A DNA stretch of 64,000 nt from Felis catus. Its lineage: Eukaryota. This document shows, in pieces, positions 50,052-62,880 of this stretch. The notes beneath the pieces were generated by a model. That model had not been told where the DNA came from. It searched no databases and was given only the letters and a program-made list of their open reading frames with translations. Where the stretch lies: assembly GCF_018350175.1 (NCBI RefSeq), contig NC_058368.1:41480001-41544000 (forward strand). Direction: 5' to 3'. A program made the position numbers and the translations under genes. Within the stretch, counting starts at the first letter, position 1; each line of letters opens with the position of its first letter.

Positions 50052-51643
50052 CCATGTCAGTCCCCCCATATAGCCTAAGAAGACAGTCTTAGTTTGCCAG
50101 CTACTTATGTAGTTTACTTATGTACTTAGTTTTCATTACCTATGTGACACATGGAGAGGAGGAATGTCTGCAAACATTTCTTCAAAACTGTGCTTTAACA
50201 GTATTCATAACCAAGCTGATGTATCAGACAAAATAACTCTGCTCTGACACATTTAGGAAGATAAAGGAATCTGAAGGAAGATGCATGATAGATATGTCAT
50301 GACTCTTATTATGGCCTTCTTGAATTTTCTTGACTTAGTCCTCAATTGTCAATGGTTTTGCCATCCATAGCCCACTCTAACCCATTTTCTGGATCTCAAA
50401 GTGAGTAGAATATGAAAATGGAGGAATTTTGTGAGAACACTAAATCAGGAAACTCTGAAAAACCACTGGATAAATGCTTTAATCTATTTGCAAAATCTGT
50501 GTGTGCAGTTGGCGCCCTGCTGAAATACATAAAGTAGGGCTCAAGTAAGGACTTTAAGTCAGCCCCTGCTCAGTTACTCAAGGTTCTACATGGGTTTGCA
50601 CTTAGCCTGGAAGTGCTGATGCCCTTTTGCAATTTTTTTTCCCATGGAGGAAACTATTCTTTTTTTCGGTTAGTCTACCTGGGAGACAGGGATGCTTTTA
50701 ATAATTTGTACAACACCCCTTCTGTATTAACAGAAACTTGATTAGTGTCTTTTGTGATGATAGTAACAATCTTATAGGAACTTTTGGCTAAATTATTCAT
50801 CCATGACATGGAGATGTACCTCCCCAAATATCTCTAACCAGTCGTATTTGAGATTTGAAAAATTTCCATGAACCACTTATCAAGAAAGAATAAAAGTAGA
50901 TTGGTTCAAGTATTATTTAGAGTATTAGCCAGGCCTTGACAAGGTCAAAATGAAATGTGTAAGTAAAGAACTCACCCAGCCAACTTAGGGCTTTCTTGTA
51001 TTGAATTGCTCATTGAGGAGAAAAAAACAAAACAAAACAAAACACCAAGTATTTCTGAGAGTTTATTCATTCGTCCATCCTCCATCTTCAATTTGCCTGT
51101 TTAGACAATACTTAAACTTCTCCTACTTGGGCAACAACACATCCACTCTTGCTGCCAAAAACACAGAACATCTGAAATCTGTTTTTAAGCAGTGTCAGTT
51201 TTTCAAAGTAATAGGCACAACAAGAAGAAAAGAAACATCTGCTATCTACAGATCTTTTTTTCCTTTTCCTCCCAACATCAATCTAGCAAGTCTTTGGCAA
51301 GCAGTTCCTTGCACTCTAAGTCACAGAAATGTCAAAGGAGAGTGGAAATGAGAGTGGATACCTCTGTTGAAATGTCACTTTGAAAGTAAATAAAATCAAT
51401 TGAAAAAAGGCCATCTGAAAACAAGAAAGTTACGGTCAGGCGATGAGTCGCGCTGTATTCACAGCCCGTTGAGGAAGCCACATACTGAAATGACACTTTT
51501 TTCTAAAGCTTGCTGTATGCTTATTTCTTGAAATACTAAAACATAATAAACATGAATACAAATGTAAAATTTAATGGCACTTGTCGCCTTGAAATTAATT
51601 GACTAATTGAAACTACTTTCTAGTGAGCCTGAACTAGTATTTT

Positions 51644-51851
51644 ATTTTATGCTTTATATATATTTTAATGTTTATTTATTTTTGAGAGAGAGCACAAGCA
51701 GGGGAGGGGCAGAGAGAGTGGAAGCACAGAATCTGAAGTAGGTTCCAGGCTCTGAGCTGTCAGCACAGAGCCCGATGTGGGGCTCAAACCCAGGAGTTGA
51801 GAGATCATGACTTAAGCTGAAGTCAGATGGTCAACTGCCTTAAGGGTGCCT
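51644..51851 (-). mobile_element. Can-SINE (first of a tandem pair; head damaged)
   Basis: caggctctgagctgtcagcacagagcccgatg...gagatcatgac; flanked by AACTAGTATTTT. Confidence 0.95.
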
Positions 51852-51866
51852 TAAACTAGTATTTTA

Positions 51867-52076
51867 TTTTGTTTTAATGTTTATTTATTTTTTGGAGAGA
51901 GAGAGAGAGCACTAGTGGGAGAGGGGCAGAGAGAGAAGGAGACACAGAATCCGAAGCAGGCTCCAGGATCTGAGCTGTCAGCACAGAGCCGGACGAAGGG
52001 CTCAAACTCAGGAACTGTGAGACCATGACCTGAGCTGAAGTCGGATGCCTAACTGACTAAGTCACTCAGGTGCCCC
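51867..52076 (-). mobile_element. Can-SINE (second of a tandem pair)
   Basis: Full body; TSD TAAACTAGTATTTTA at 51852-51866 and 52078-52092. Confidence 0.97.
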
Positions 52077-52184
52077 ATAAACTAGTATTTTAAATGAAAA
52101 CAGTGATTATATGTAAAAAATCGCAAGGGTTTTCTATTTGTAAAATTGCCTTCAGAAATAATAGTGCTAAGGATCAGAGTATTT

Positions 52185-52410
52185 CACTATGCAGTAAGGT
52201 ATAAAGCCTGCAAATTCAGAATGTCCAGGTTTAATCTTTCACTTCATCACTTAGCTGTGTGACTCTGAGCAAGTTATTTACGCTCCTGGTGCTAAATTCC
52301 TGATTTGTAGGTTTAGATAATAATAGTAACTTACTGGATTTTTGTGAGTACTAAAAACAAAGCACTTAAATTGTGCTGAGCATGCCTGAATACTAAGGTG
52401 GTTTTTATCA
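52185..52410 (+). mobile_element. MIR
   Basis: cacttagctgtgtgactctgagcaagttattta...ataataatagtaac...aaagcactta. Confidence 0.85.
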
Positions 52411-54419
52411 TTATTAATTAAAGAATCTCTCATGCTTCAGTACTGCTCCTTCTATCATAAACCTACACATAAAGAAGCAATTTCCTGTCATTTTCATTTA
52501 CTGCACTGTTGGTATGACCGAAGGTGCTGACTGCTATGCTAAGCAACCAATGGTGTTGTGTAGACAAGCTCCTTATAGAGCTATTAGTAAACCTGTTACA
52601 AATGGAAAGGACTTCAGAATGCAGCCCCAAAACTGGTGATTAAAGCTGTTATGTGGCCTTCAAAGAAGCAATGGTAGCAAAATTGTGGTCATTATAATTG
52701 AAAGAAGAAATGATCAGGCAATCATTATTGGATGTCATTTTTCCCCCGAACTGTACAGTACTTATTATCTAGAACTAGTATAGAAAACTCTTCCAAGAAA
52801 TATAAAGGGCCTCCATAACATCCGTTTCTACAACTTTTCCAATTTCTCGTTGATATTATGCAGATTTGTGCATACCTAGGTGAAAAGTTAAGAAAGAGTA
52901 CCAACTTCAGGTGATTTGTCTGGGAGTCTAGGAGCAAATTTACATGGCACTTTTATTAAAAATTTCATTATGAGTTTTTTTTTTATTTACTACTTTTTAA
53001 CTTTTTTTCCCCACATCTTCTTCTTTCCCCTGGGTACTTTTTGCCAATTATGAAATATGGCCATTGGTGCAGGCTATATTAAGATGAAGAGTGTCTATGA
53101 AGTTCCTCTCCTCCTTAGGTCTCTTCCATCCTCAGTATTCAAATAGATGTACATAGACACTGACACTTGGGAAGCCATCTGTTCTTCAGTAGAATCATCT
53201 TCTCCCCCTAATACTTGAAGAAGATTTCCTTTGTTAGGTTTTTATAAAATGAGATTCCTACAGAAATTGAATACGTCAGAGTGGCATTCCTGAAGCAGTA
53301 AACCCACCTGGAGACAATGCTTTATATAAGTTTTCAACTACAAATGATCTATGCTTTTTATGAATAAAGATCGCTCACAACTAATCCTCTGCCAAAGTTT
53401 GTTGACGTATCTGACATGAGCCGTCTTATAGTCAGCCAAATAAGTCAAATGAAGTTATTTGTGAAGTTTGACTGGCTGGGGCTTTCACCCTATGCTTTTC
53501 TGGCACCTGGAAAAAGTGACATGATGACTAACTTCTGCCTTTCTTTGTAGAGCTTAGTCCATTGAGTCATGTCACTTGAGCTGGGAATCATGTACACCTA
53601 TGACCTTTCCCAAAGGAGCATGGAAAGGAAGACTTATAGAGACATGTCTCAAGTGATAAATATTTCTGAGTCCTTACATAATATTTTTTTCAAATATTTC
53701 CCCATGATATATTCCTAACCACCATATTTGGAAACCAATCTTAAACAACGGATTGCTTTTGCACTGTAGTACTTAGGGAGATAAATTGCCCTTGGATGCA
53801 GTATAATTTTCAATTTTTAACAGTATTTTTCAGTCTATAGCTCTCTTTATATTTTACTCTTATCCACATATACAATATTTCATTTGCAACCCCCAATAAG
53901 GCAACTTCTGTTGGTTTGACAAAATGCTGCAGAGAAGTTCCATTTATTGATTGTTTAATATCAGATTTAAGAGTTCATGTGCAAGAACAGTACTGTCTTT
54001 ATTGGGGACACTTAAAGTCTCCTTTTCAGGATGATTTTTTTTTAGCTGCAACACCTTTTAAACTAAAAGAAAGGGTATTATGTATGATAGATATATGATA
54101 GATCTAGACAATCTTGTGTGTTAACAAGCTGCTTTTTTTTTTTTTTTCGGGAAGCCTGATAATTAAGGAGAGAAGAAAAAAGAGAAAGTGAAATTCAAGA
54201 TGCTTACTGTATAACTTTAGATAAGCAACTCTTTGGTTAGATCATTTTCTATTAATTTTCTGCTTTTTCTGTCACACACATTGAGGATGTTAAATTCATT
54301 GATTCTATAGTCTTTCTTTTTTGATCAATTATCACAAATCCATGTTCTGAATCATTACTAAAATTATAATAGTAAAAAGATAGTATTTTTATCATGGCAT
54401 CTCACATAATTATAATTTT

Positions 54420-54760
54420 TCTAATGTCATTTTATATTAAAACACTATTATCCTCTAGGCCTATCAGATTACTTACCACTCTATAAACATGCCTTGTAAT
54501 TTTATGCCTATTTGCACAGAATCCTTGACCTTGATTGCTCTTGACCATTTTTCCACTTTTGAAATCTTATTCATTCTTCATAGCCCTGTTCAAACATAAT
54601 GGTTTATATAAAGAGTTTCTCCTGATGCTCTTAATCAAATATATTTCCCTCCTCTCTGTTTCCGTAATGTTTATTGTACACTAAGTATAGTATTTGGTCC
54701 AGTTTATCTTGTGTTTTAAATATTTGAAGAATATACGAATGCACTTCTTAATATATTTTC
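54420..54760 (+). mobile_element. L2 fragment
   Basis: tttgcaca...atcttattcattcttca...ccctcctctctgtttcc; degenerate. Confidence 0.45.
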
Positions 54761-54796
54761 ATAAATTTTTATGATGAAATTAACAGAGTGAGTAAA

Positions 54797-55020
54797 TTTT
54801 TTTTTTAATTTTTTTTTCAACATTTATTTATTTTTGGGACAGAGAGAGACAGAGCATGAACGGGGGAGGGGCAGAGAGAGAGGGAGACACAAAATCGGAA
54901 ACAGGCTTCAGGCTCTGAGCCATCAGCCCAGAGCCAACGCGGGGCTCGAACTCACGGACCGCGAGATCGTGACCTGGCTGAAGTCGGACGCTTAACCGAC
55001 TGCGCCACCCAGGCGCCCCC
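54797..55020 (-). mobile_element. Young felid SINE (SINEC_Fc type)
   Basis: CpG-rich, intact A and B boxes; TSD AGAGTGAGTAAA at 54785-54796 and 55021-55032. Confidence 0.98.
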
Positions 55021-56058
55021 AGAGTGAGTAAAATTTTAAAAATAACGTTCAAAATCACATGAAAGAAATGAGATGACTCCATAATTACCTGCTGGAAAAA
55101 ACATTAGGATATCCAAGCAAAATATATATCTATCAGCACTCAGAGACAGTTTTGAGATGGCACACTGTTGATTAACAGTGGTCTGATTTTTTAAAAAAAT
55201 AACATTAAATGGGAGTAAAATGAGGGCTGAAACCATTTCTGAAGCACTCATGGGATAAGCTTATGACGATATATTGCAAATATCCCAGTCCCATTGCTGA
55301 GGAAACTTCTGTGGTAAAATGGATGTATTTGGCTCTTATAGATATTAAATTTTCAATTTGTCTCATGCAGTTTTGAGATTTGATGTTCATCAAGAAACCT
55401 TTTTATTGTGACTTGTCTTTCTGCAAAGATTTCCTAAAGAGAAAAATACATTCATCATGTCACTATTGAGTCTTGTGGTCTGTGTGGCAAGAATGTTTTA
55501 TTGCAAAGAAACACATTAACATTCTGCTTGTACATCACACTCATGAATTTGGTTAATAATATATGTGTGGATCTACACAAGGCTGAGAAGAGGTGCATGC
55601 ATCACAGGAAACATATCTGTGATTCTTCTTGGAGGTAAGCCAATAGGGTTTAAAACCTGGAGAAGAATTGTGATACTGATGTTGAGAATACAAGAATATT
55701 AAAAATTTATATACATATAATTAGTTTTACATTTCTTCCTTATGATTTTTTAGCACATTAGAGCAGGTTGCAGATTCTGTCTTATATGTTTGTTATCCCA
55801 GTGTCTAACATAAATCTTGGTCTACAGTCCCCCAGTAAATATTTACTAAATTGATTCTGTGAGTCTGGCATGCTCTGTTACTGTCATTTTTAACCCAGTC
55901 TTTGATGGCTAAGCCATTCACTGATTCATTCATTCAAGGTGTATTTGTATGCTTTCCAAGTACTAGGTAGGCATTTATCTGACGTTAATTTCTACAAATC
56001 CTTATAACTCCTCAGAAGCAGAACAATTTACCTAATGATCTATCTATATTTAGTTTTC

Positions 56059-56540
56059 TTTGGCAAGTCATAAACTGGTTTTCCCACAATATCCTTCTTT
56101 ATTTTTTAGTAATAAAGACACAAAATTGTATCAGCATACATGGCCAGATAAGACTATGTTTGTTAGGCTCAATTTGAGCAATATTGAGCCATGTGACTAC
56201 ACCCAGGCTGACAGGATTGAGCAGGAAGTGGTCAGTTCGACTGCTAGGCCATACCATTAGAGGCCAGGAGCATGCCATCCAAGGTCTCTTCTAAACTTTC
56301 TTTTGGTTGAAATACAGATTTGAGAAATGGAACCTAGGTCCCTTTTTGACATGACGTGGAAGCAGTGTATCAAGGGCCTCAGATTAATAAGGTAGAAGGA
56401 CACTGGGTAACTACTATCACGGAGCCACTGTCATTTCAGGACTGAACTATTAATTGAAAAAGAAATTAAACTTTCACATTTATTAGCTATTGCTCTTTGG
56501 CCTTTGCAATAGCAGCTTATCCAAGATACTAATAACTACA
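56059..56540 (+). mobile_element. Old MaLR LTR (MLT1J-like)
   Basis: gccatgtgacta...gagcaggaagtg...gaaagaaattaaacttt...tagcagct...taactaca. Confidence 0.65.
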
Positions 56541-57182
56541 ACTGGATTTCATTTGGACTTTAGAATAGCATTTCGAAAAACATTCAGCTTTGCCTGTTCA
56601 CCCTGCTGCTGCAGATGTAGACTGAGGAGTCAAAACAAACAAACAAAAATTGTGTACTGATGGGTGGAAAGATGGAAAGGCGGAACAGCTCTGTTTCTAC
56701 GTTTCCATCTCTCAGCCTTCTGTCCTAGTCTCCTATTCCTACCAACCACCTTTGAGTGAACCAGTCTCCTCCCTCATTCCCCCAAAGCAGAGCAGGAATC
56801 TTAGGCAGAGACAAAATGAACTTTTCTGAAAATTATGTTAGGAAGATGCAATCAGTATTATTAAATAAAATATATAATAATAAAATGAAATATTATAAAA
56901 TATAAAATAGTTTGAAGAAACAAGTGGATTTGTTGAATTGGTATATACGTTACCTATCTTCTAAGAAATTAGGTTTTAAAAATTTTCTGTTTCCTTTTTC
57001 CCCCTAAGAATAAAACCACATTTCTTTCCCTGTGCATTGCTTACTATTCCTTCCAATAAAACTTACAAATGTTTTCCAATGTCAGTTGTGGGACCTGGAC
57101 TTAGCTACCTTGATTTATCTACTTCTTTAATAAATATTGTATTGTTTTTGCCTATCAAGTAACCATTCTTCTGGAAAAAGCA

Positions 57183-57184
<2 letters not shown>

Positions 57185-57220
<36 letters not shown>
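57185..57220. repeat. (GT)18 microsatellite
   Basis: Directly visible. Confidence 0.97.
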
Positions 57221-57221
<1 letters not shown>

Positions 57222-57627
57222 AAACTTAATTGAACTTCTCACTGACTCTCCAGATCCCCACTCTACCATCATAGACATTTTTACTAGTCTCAAGTTGACT
57301 AGTCAGAGTTCTAAATCACACTTATTCACAGTGATTTGACCAATGTTGGATGTGCAGTGCAAGAAAGAAAAATCAGAGGGTCAGGCTGTTACTAGCAGAC
57401 AAGGTTAGTCCCAATATAAAAAGTTAAAGGTATCTGTGTCCTTCATAATGATACTTTTCTATCTCTAACGAATAATCATGATTTTTTATGTATCAAATAG
57501 TGTATGTCATAATTCATAAAGAAAAAACCGCCAAAAATATAGAAAAATACAAATGTGGTATAAGACTGTAGTTAACACCTCTCGGGAAATGAAGATACAG
57601 TGGATAAAAAATGAGCAAGCCAGCTCA

Positions 57628-57793
57628 TCCATCAGTTTGCAACAAATGTATCACCTTGGTGGGGGTTGTTGAAAATGGGGGAGGATTATGCAAGTGTGGG
57701 GACAGGGAGTATATGAAAATCTTTGTACTTTCCCCTAAATTTTGCTGTGAACTAAAACTGCTCACCAAAAATAAAGTTTTAATTAAAAAAAAA
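57628..57793 (+). mobile_element. L1 3' end (L1MC1-like)
   Basis: aacaaatgtatcac...tggtgggg...gtatatgaaaatctttgtactttc...ttttgctgtgaactaaaactgctc...aataaagt plus A tail. Confidence 0.85.
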
Positions 57794-58173
57794 GTGCATG
57801 CACATATATGCACTCACTTTTCTCCACCCAACCTTAGTATTTCTAAGATACATATGTCCACATAGTTTTTCTTCCCCAAAAACTTAGCCTAAAACCTGCA
57901 GCTGCATGGGGAAAATGGATAAAAGAGAAAAAGAAAAGTTGGAGATGCTGAAATTGCAGCATGTAGCATTAATTTGTTTTTCTACCAACTTAGTCCTTAC
58001 ATGGAACATTTTGTAAGTAAAAAAATTCAACCTCTTATGAACTGAAGGGAGTCAGTTTTGTTTGTGTTCCAGGAAATATGATAAGATATTGCTCTCAAAA
58101 GTGAGCTTATGAAAGCCCATTGTATCATAATTTAGGAGGTGAATTTACTACAGATGTATTAAAAGCAGTTCCC

Positions 58174-58401
58174 GGGGCGCCTGGGTGGCGCAGTCGATTA
58201 AGCGTCCAACTTCAGCCAGGTCACGATCTCGCGGTCCGTGAGTTCGAGCCCCGCGTCGGGCTCTGGGCTGATGGCTCAGAGCCTGGAGCCTGTTTCCGAT
58301 TCTGTGTCTCCCTCTCTCTCTGCCCCTCCCCCGTTCATGCTCTGTCTCTCTCTGTCCCAAAAATAAATAAACGTTGAAAAAAAAATTTTTTTAAAATAAA
58401 A
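58174..58401 (+). mobile_element. Young felid SINE (SINEC_Fc type)
   Basis: GGGGCGCCTGGGTGGCGCAGTC head, B box GTTCGAGCC; perfect TSD TAAAAGCAGTTCCC at 58160-58173 and 58402-58415. Confidence 0.98.
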
Positions 58402-60307
58402 TAAAAGCAGTTCCCTGTGAAGAGACTATAGCAATGGATAATTTATAATATTATAATTACAGTTTAGGTGACAAAAAAGTCAATAATTTATAAAGTAGAA
58501 ATATAAATATTATATGTACTCTAAATAAAACAGAAAATAATAAAAAATAGATATTTCAAACAAAAAAAATTATTACAAGGATCAAAAAGGAAAAAAAATA
58601 AACCTAAGAAATATTTGTGTTGACTTCCATTTCCATAAAGGTGGTATTGTAAATGGCTTAATATCATTAAAAAACATCTCTTTATATAACCATGAGCTAT
58701 CAAAAAATATAACAAATCCTCAAAGATTACATGAAGACAAGAACTCAGGGTAGTAAGTAGAGCACTAATGTCAATTTTTCTTGAGGGAATTTCCCAAATT
58801 AGTGAATATAATCATCAGTTACTTAGCTTTGTAAGCTTATGGAACAAATATAGCTCAACATAGACCAGGAGATAACATCTCAAATATCCACACCCTAGTT
58901 TAAGAGCAAACTAATAACAAAAGTAATGTTATCACCTCCAACCTACAAATAAAATGCAATGCAAGAATTTGTAATAAGGAGCTAAACTTCACAGGGATGG
59001 TTCTTAAATTCACTGTAACTGAGCGTCTAGAGAAATCTCAACCCCAGAATATTGTCCCAAGTTTCATAATGTAATTTCTGTTGTGTACCTTATAGAGGTA
59101 ATAGTAAATCCTTCCTAGAGTAGCCCAAATTCATCCCACATGTTTATATTTTCACAGTTAAAAATTCCTAGAAAATAAACTATACCTGGCAAATAAATAA
59201 ATATCACTAAAAACAGGCAGACTAATATAGTGTTATACATCAATTACATCTCAGGAAAACTGGAAAAGAAATAATAAAATAAAATACTAGCTAAAAAAAA
59301 AAAGGACACATGCACAAAATAAGGTAATATGAATTGAAATGAATAGAAAAAGACACAAAAGTAGATCCACAAAAAATCCAGATATTGGAACAATCAGTAG
59401 ATTATATGATTAATACAAAAAATCCTTCAATAAATAAAAGACAGATGTAAAGTATCAGTAGAGAGCAAGTAAGCTTGACAAAAAGAGAACTCTAGAAATA
59501 AAAAGTAGAATTACTAAAATTAAAAACCCAAATTAAGACAACGTTAAACTAAAGACACTAGAAACAAAACATCACATTTTGCATGACTCATTTTAAATAA
59601 ATTTACAATCGGACAAAACAATTCTATAGTATTAAGAGTCAGGAAATTGGTTATCCTTGGAAAGGATCAATCTAATATATGTAAGGGGCAGCTGCAGGGT
59701 TGTCTAGGGTGCTTATTCTAATTCAGGTTACATGGGTGTGTTATTTGTAAAAGTCACTGAGCTTTATACTTAAGATTTTTGTAGTCTTCTGTGTTTAGTT
59801 TATGCATAAGAGTTATATAAATATAAAATAAATATATATAAAAGTAATACGCCAATCAAAATGCTCTGAATAGCTGGGGGGACAAATAGCTTTCAAACTC
59901 TTCTATGAATATACTTAAAAAGTGATTGTTAGGTAGCTGGTTGTATATTTACTTTTAAAAAACCTGTTAATTATGAAATTTTAAAAATATATACAAAAAG
60001 AATGGTCTAATAAATTGTCATTTACCAATAGGCCAACTTAACAATTGACTCATGTTCAGTTTGGTTTCATTTGTACTCTTACTAATTATCTTCCGAAAAG
60101 TTATCTTTGAAGAGATACTTACTGAAGTTGTCCAGAACTGATAAAAGACACCAAAATACATATTCAAGAAGCACAATTAATTCCAAAAAGGATAAAGTAG
60201 AATAAATCTACACACAGAAACAACTTAAAGGAAAAGCACAAAAAATGAAAAGTACAAAATAAGATGGTATAAATAGTATATATCAGTAATTAAAATAAAT
60301 GTAAATT

Positions 60308-60543
60308 GGGCCACCTGAGTGGCTCAGTCGGTTAAGCATCCAACTCTTGATTTCAGCTCAGGTCATGATCTCACAGTTTGTGAGTTTAAGCCCCACATAA
60401 GACTCTGTGTTGACATCTTGGAGACTGCTTGGGATTCTCTCTCCTGCTCTCTCTGTCCCTCCCCAACTCACTCATGTGTGTATGTGCATGCTCTCTCTCT
60501 CAAAAATAAATAAAAGAACAAAACTTAGAAAAAATATTTTAAA
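60308..60543 (+). mobile_element. Can-SINE (older subfamily)
   Basis: tggctcagtcggttaagcatcc...ggtcatgatctcacagtttgtgag; flanked by aaatgtaaat. Confidence 0.96.
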
Positions 60544-61372
60544 AAATGTAAATAAATAAGTACTGAAATAGTTTCAGAATGGATAAAAGAATAAAGCTTA
60601 GGTATATGCTATCTGGAGAAAAAAATCAAACACAAGAATGCAGTGAGGTTAAAAAATAAAAGTAATAAAGTAATGCACAACAATGTTAAAAACAATAACA
60701 AAAATGTTGTAGTAATATTAATACCAGGCAAAAAAAGACTTTGAAGAAAACGAATCCAAAACCAAAACAAAATAAAACACCAAAAACCGTGCAAATTTTA
60801 TAATATTATAATACCATTACTTTATAACGATAAAATTTTAAATTCATCATTAAACAAAACAAATTTAATTTACATGCAAATATAACATAGCTTCAAAATT
60901 TACAGAAATTATAAAAAGAAACAAACAATATCATCTTAACGAGAGATTTTAATATACCTATTTAAGGGATTGGTAGAACAAATAGTGAAAGATTTAGTTA
61001 AATATATAGAAAATTTGAATGAGAAAATTTTAAAGGTAATTTAAATGTTCCATAGAACATCTGAACCCAACTAAAAAGTATGGTTACTTTTCCAACATAC
61101 ATTGAATATTCACTTGCTGTGAAGCATGCCTCGGCAAGTTTCAGAAGTTTGGAAGGTCATAAGATAGAATGTCAATAAGTTAGAAAGTAAAAATAAAATA
61201 ACTCCCAGGGGGAAAAAATGTTAAGAAGTTAAGAAAAAAAAAATTCTAAAGTCTCATGAATCAAAGTCAGAATGCTACTGTAAATTGGCAAATATTTACA
61301 AATTGAAATTAGTAACTTCAAAAGTTGTTAGCTGACTCTATAATATTACCTGGATAGAAACTTATGGCAAAT

Positions 61373-61567
61373 CAGGTGTTGACAAGCTCTGGTATATGGG
61401 TCAAATTCAGCCTGTTGCTCTTTTATACACCTATTGGGGTAAAAAAAAAATAGACACTTTTAAAAGTTGAGAAAAAATACATAGATATTGTACAGAGTCC
61501 ATATTGGGCACATAAATTAAAATATTCACTATGTGCTCGTTTTCAAGAAAAGTTTTGTTGGCCCCTG
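61373..61567 (+). mobile_element. hAT-Charlie MITE, MER58-like
   Basis: Terminal inverted repeats caggtgttgacaa / ttgttggcccctg; internal tgggtcaaattcagcc and taaaatattcactat; interrupts L1 ORF2. Confidence 0.75.
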
Positions 61568-62631
61568 GCTTAAATGCTTACATAGAAAAAATAATAATAA
61601 TGAGCTTAGTAGATATACTTCCTAAGAAACTGATAAAAGACCAGTAAGCAAACCTAAAGAAATTGAGAAAAACAGTCAAGATAAGAGTAGAAAGTAATAA
61701 AACAGAAATCAAACATATGGTTGCTATCAACAAAGCCAAAGTTGTTTCCTTGAAAAGTCTAATAAAACTGATGAGCTTCTGGCAAGACTCATCAAGAAAA
61801 AAAGAGAGTAGGCACACATAAACAATGCTAGAAATAAAATAGGATATACAACTCCGGTTCTTCAGACCTTAAAACGTTATTAACAGAATACAATGAACAA
61901 AAGAGATATTACTAGATGCCTCAGAATGTTAAAAGATAATAAGAAAATACTATGAAAAAAATTATGCTATTAACGTAAAACACTCGCGATACTAGATACA
62001 AAAATTCTAAATAAAATATAAGCAAATAAAATCCAACCATGCATGCAAAAAATAATACATCATAACATAGTTGAGTTTATTCCAGAAATGCAGGTTGATA
62101 GATAAACACGGAAAATCACTAATGTAATTCACCACAACAAATAAAAGAAGAAACACATAATTGTATCAATACAAGCTGAAGAAAACATTCAGTAGAAAAA
62201 AAAATATATATATATATATATTCATTATTTTAAAAAGATTTGTATCAAAGTAAAATTAGGAGGGAACTTCCTCATCTATACAAAAATCTCATTAAAGTTA
62301 TGTGCAAAAAATTATATAATATATTATATACTGATGTTAATTCTGTTTAATATCAGAAGTAGGCCACAGCAGACTATTATTACTATTGTTACTATTATCA
62401 GAACTTCTATTCAACATTGTTCTGGCAAGCTTAGCCAGCAAAAAATAAGGCAAGAAATAGAAGTGAAAGGGAGAAGCACTGGAAGGAAATAGGCAAATCT
62501 GTCATTATTTTCAAATAGTATTATAGTTTACATAGAAATTCCAAAGTAGTTTTATATAAAATTTTTAGAATTAAAAAATCAGTGACATTTCTATATAGGA
62601 GGAACACAAATTGGATACTGAAATAAAACAT

Positions 62632-62880
62632 AGCATATTATTTAGGGTAAGTAATGTTAGTTTCTGTAATAATCAACATCCCAGTCTCTCTAGCTTAACA
62701 GAATACTGATTTATTTTTCACTCATGACAATAATTCAATCAAGTATTCCACAGATAGTCTTGCAAGTTGCATTCATGGACCCTGCCTCTTTTTAAATAAT
62801 GTGCTATCATCTTCTAGGACTTCCTCAGACTGCTCTGCTAATAGGTAATGAGTAAAGAGCAAGAATTGCTGTGATTATTT
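62632..62880 (-). mobile_element. Old MaLR LTR fragment
   Basis: tattatttagggtaa...gtttctgtaataa...gcttaacagaata...tttatttttcactcatg. Confidence 0.5.

Larger units (their letters stand above)
58900..62630 (+). mobile_element. Cluster of degenerate L1M fragments (ORF1/ORF2 remnants)
   Basis: Very A-rich; ~61755-61900 reads like ORF2 NKxDxxLARLIKKKRE...INNxRN with stops and frameshifts; RT-region motifs ~62000-62520. Confidence 0.8.

Noticed and set aside
58174..58260. tRNA-like A/B-box sequence as a tRNA gene
   Set aside because: It is the tRNA-derived head of a Can-SINE, continuing into the CT tract and A tail and bounded by a TSD. The same applies to all other copies.
60600..62600. Functional L1 ORF2 / reverse transcriptase
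   Set aside because: Numerous stops, frameshifts, deletions and a MITE insertion; no long plus-strand ORF in the track.
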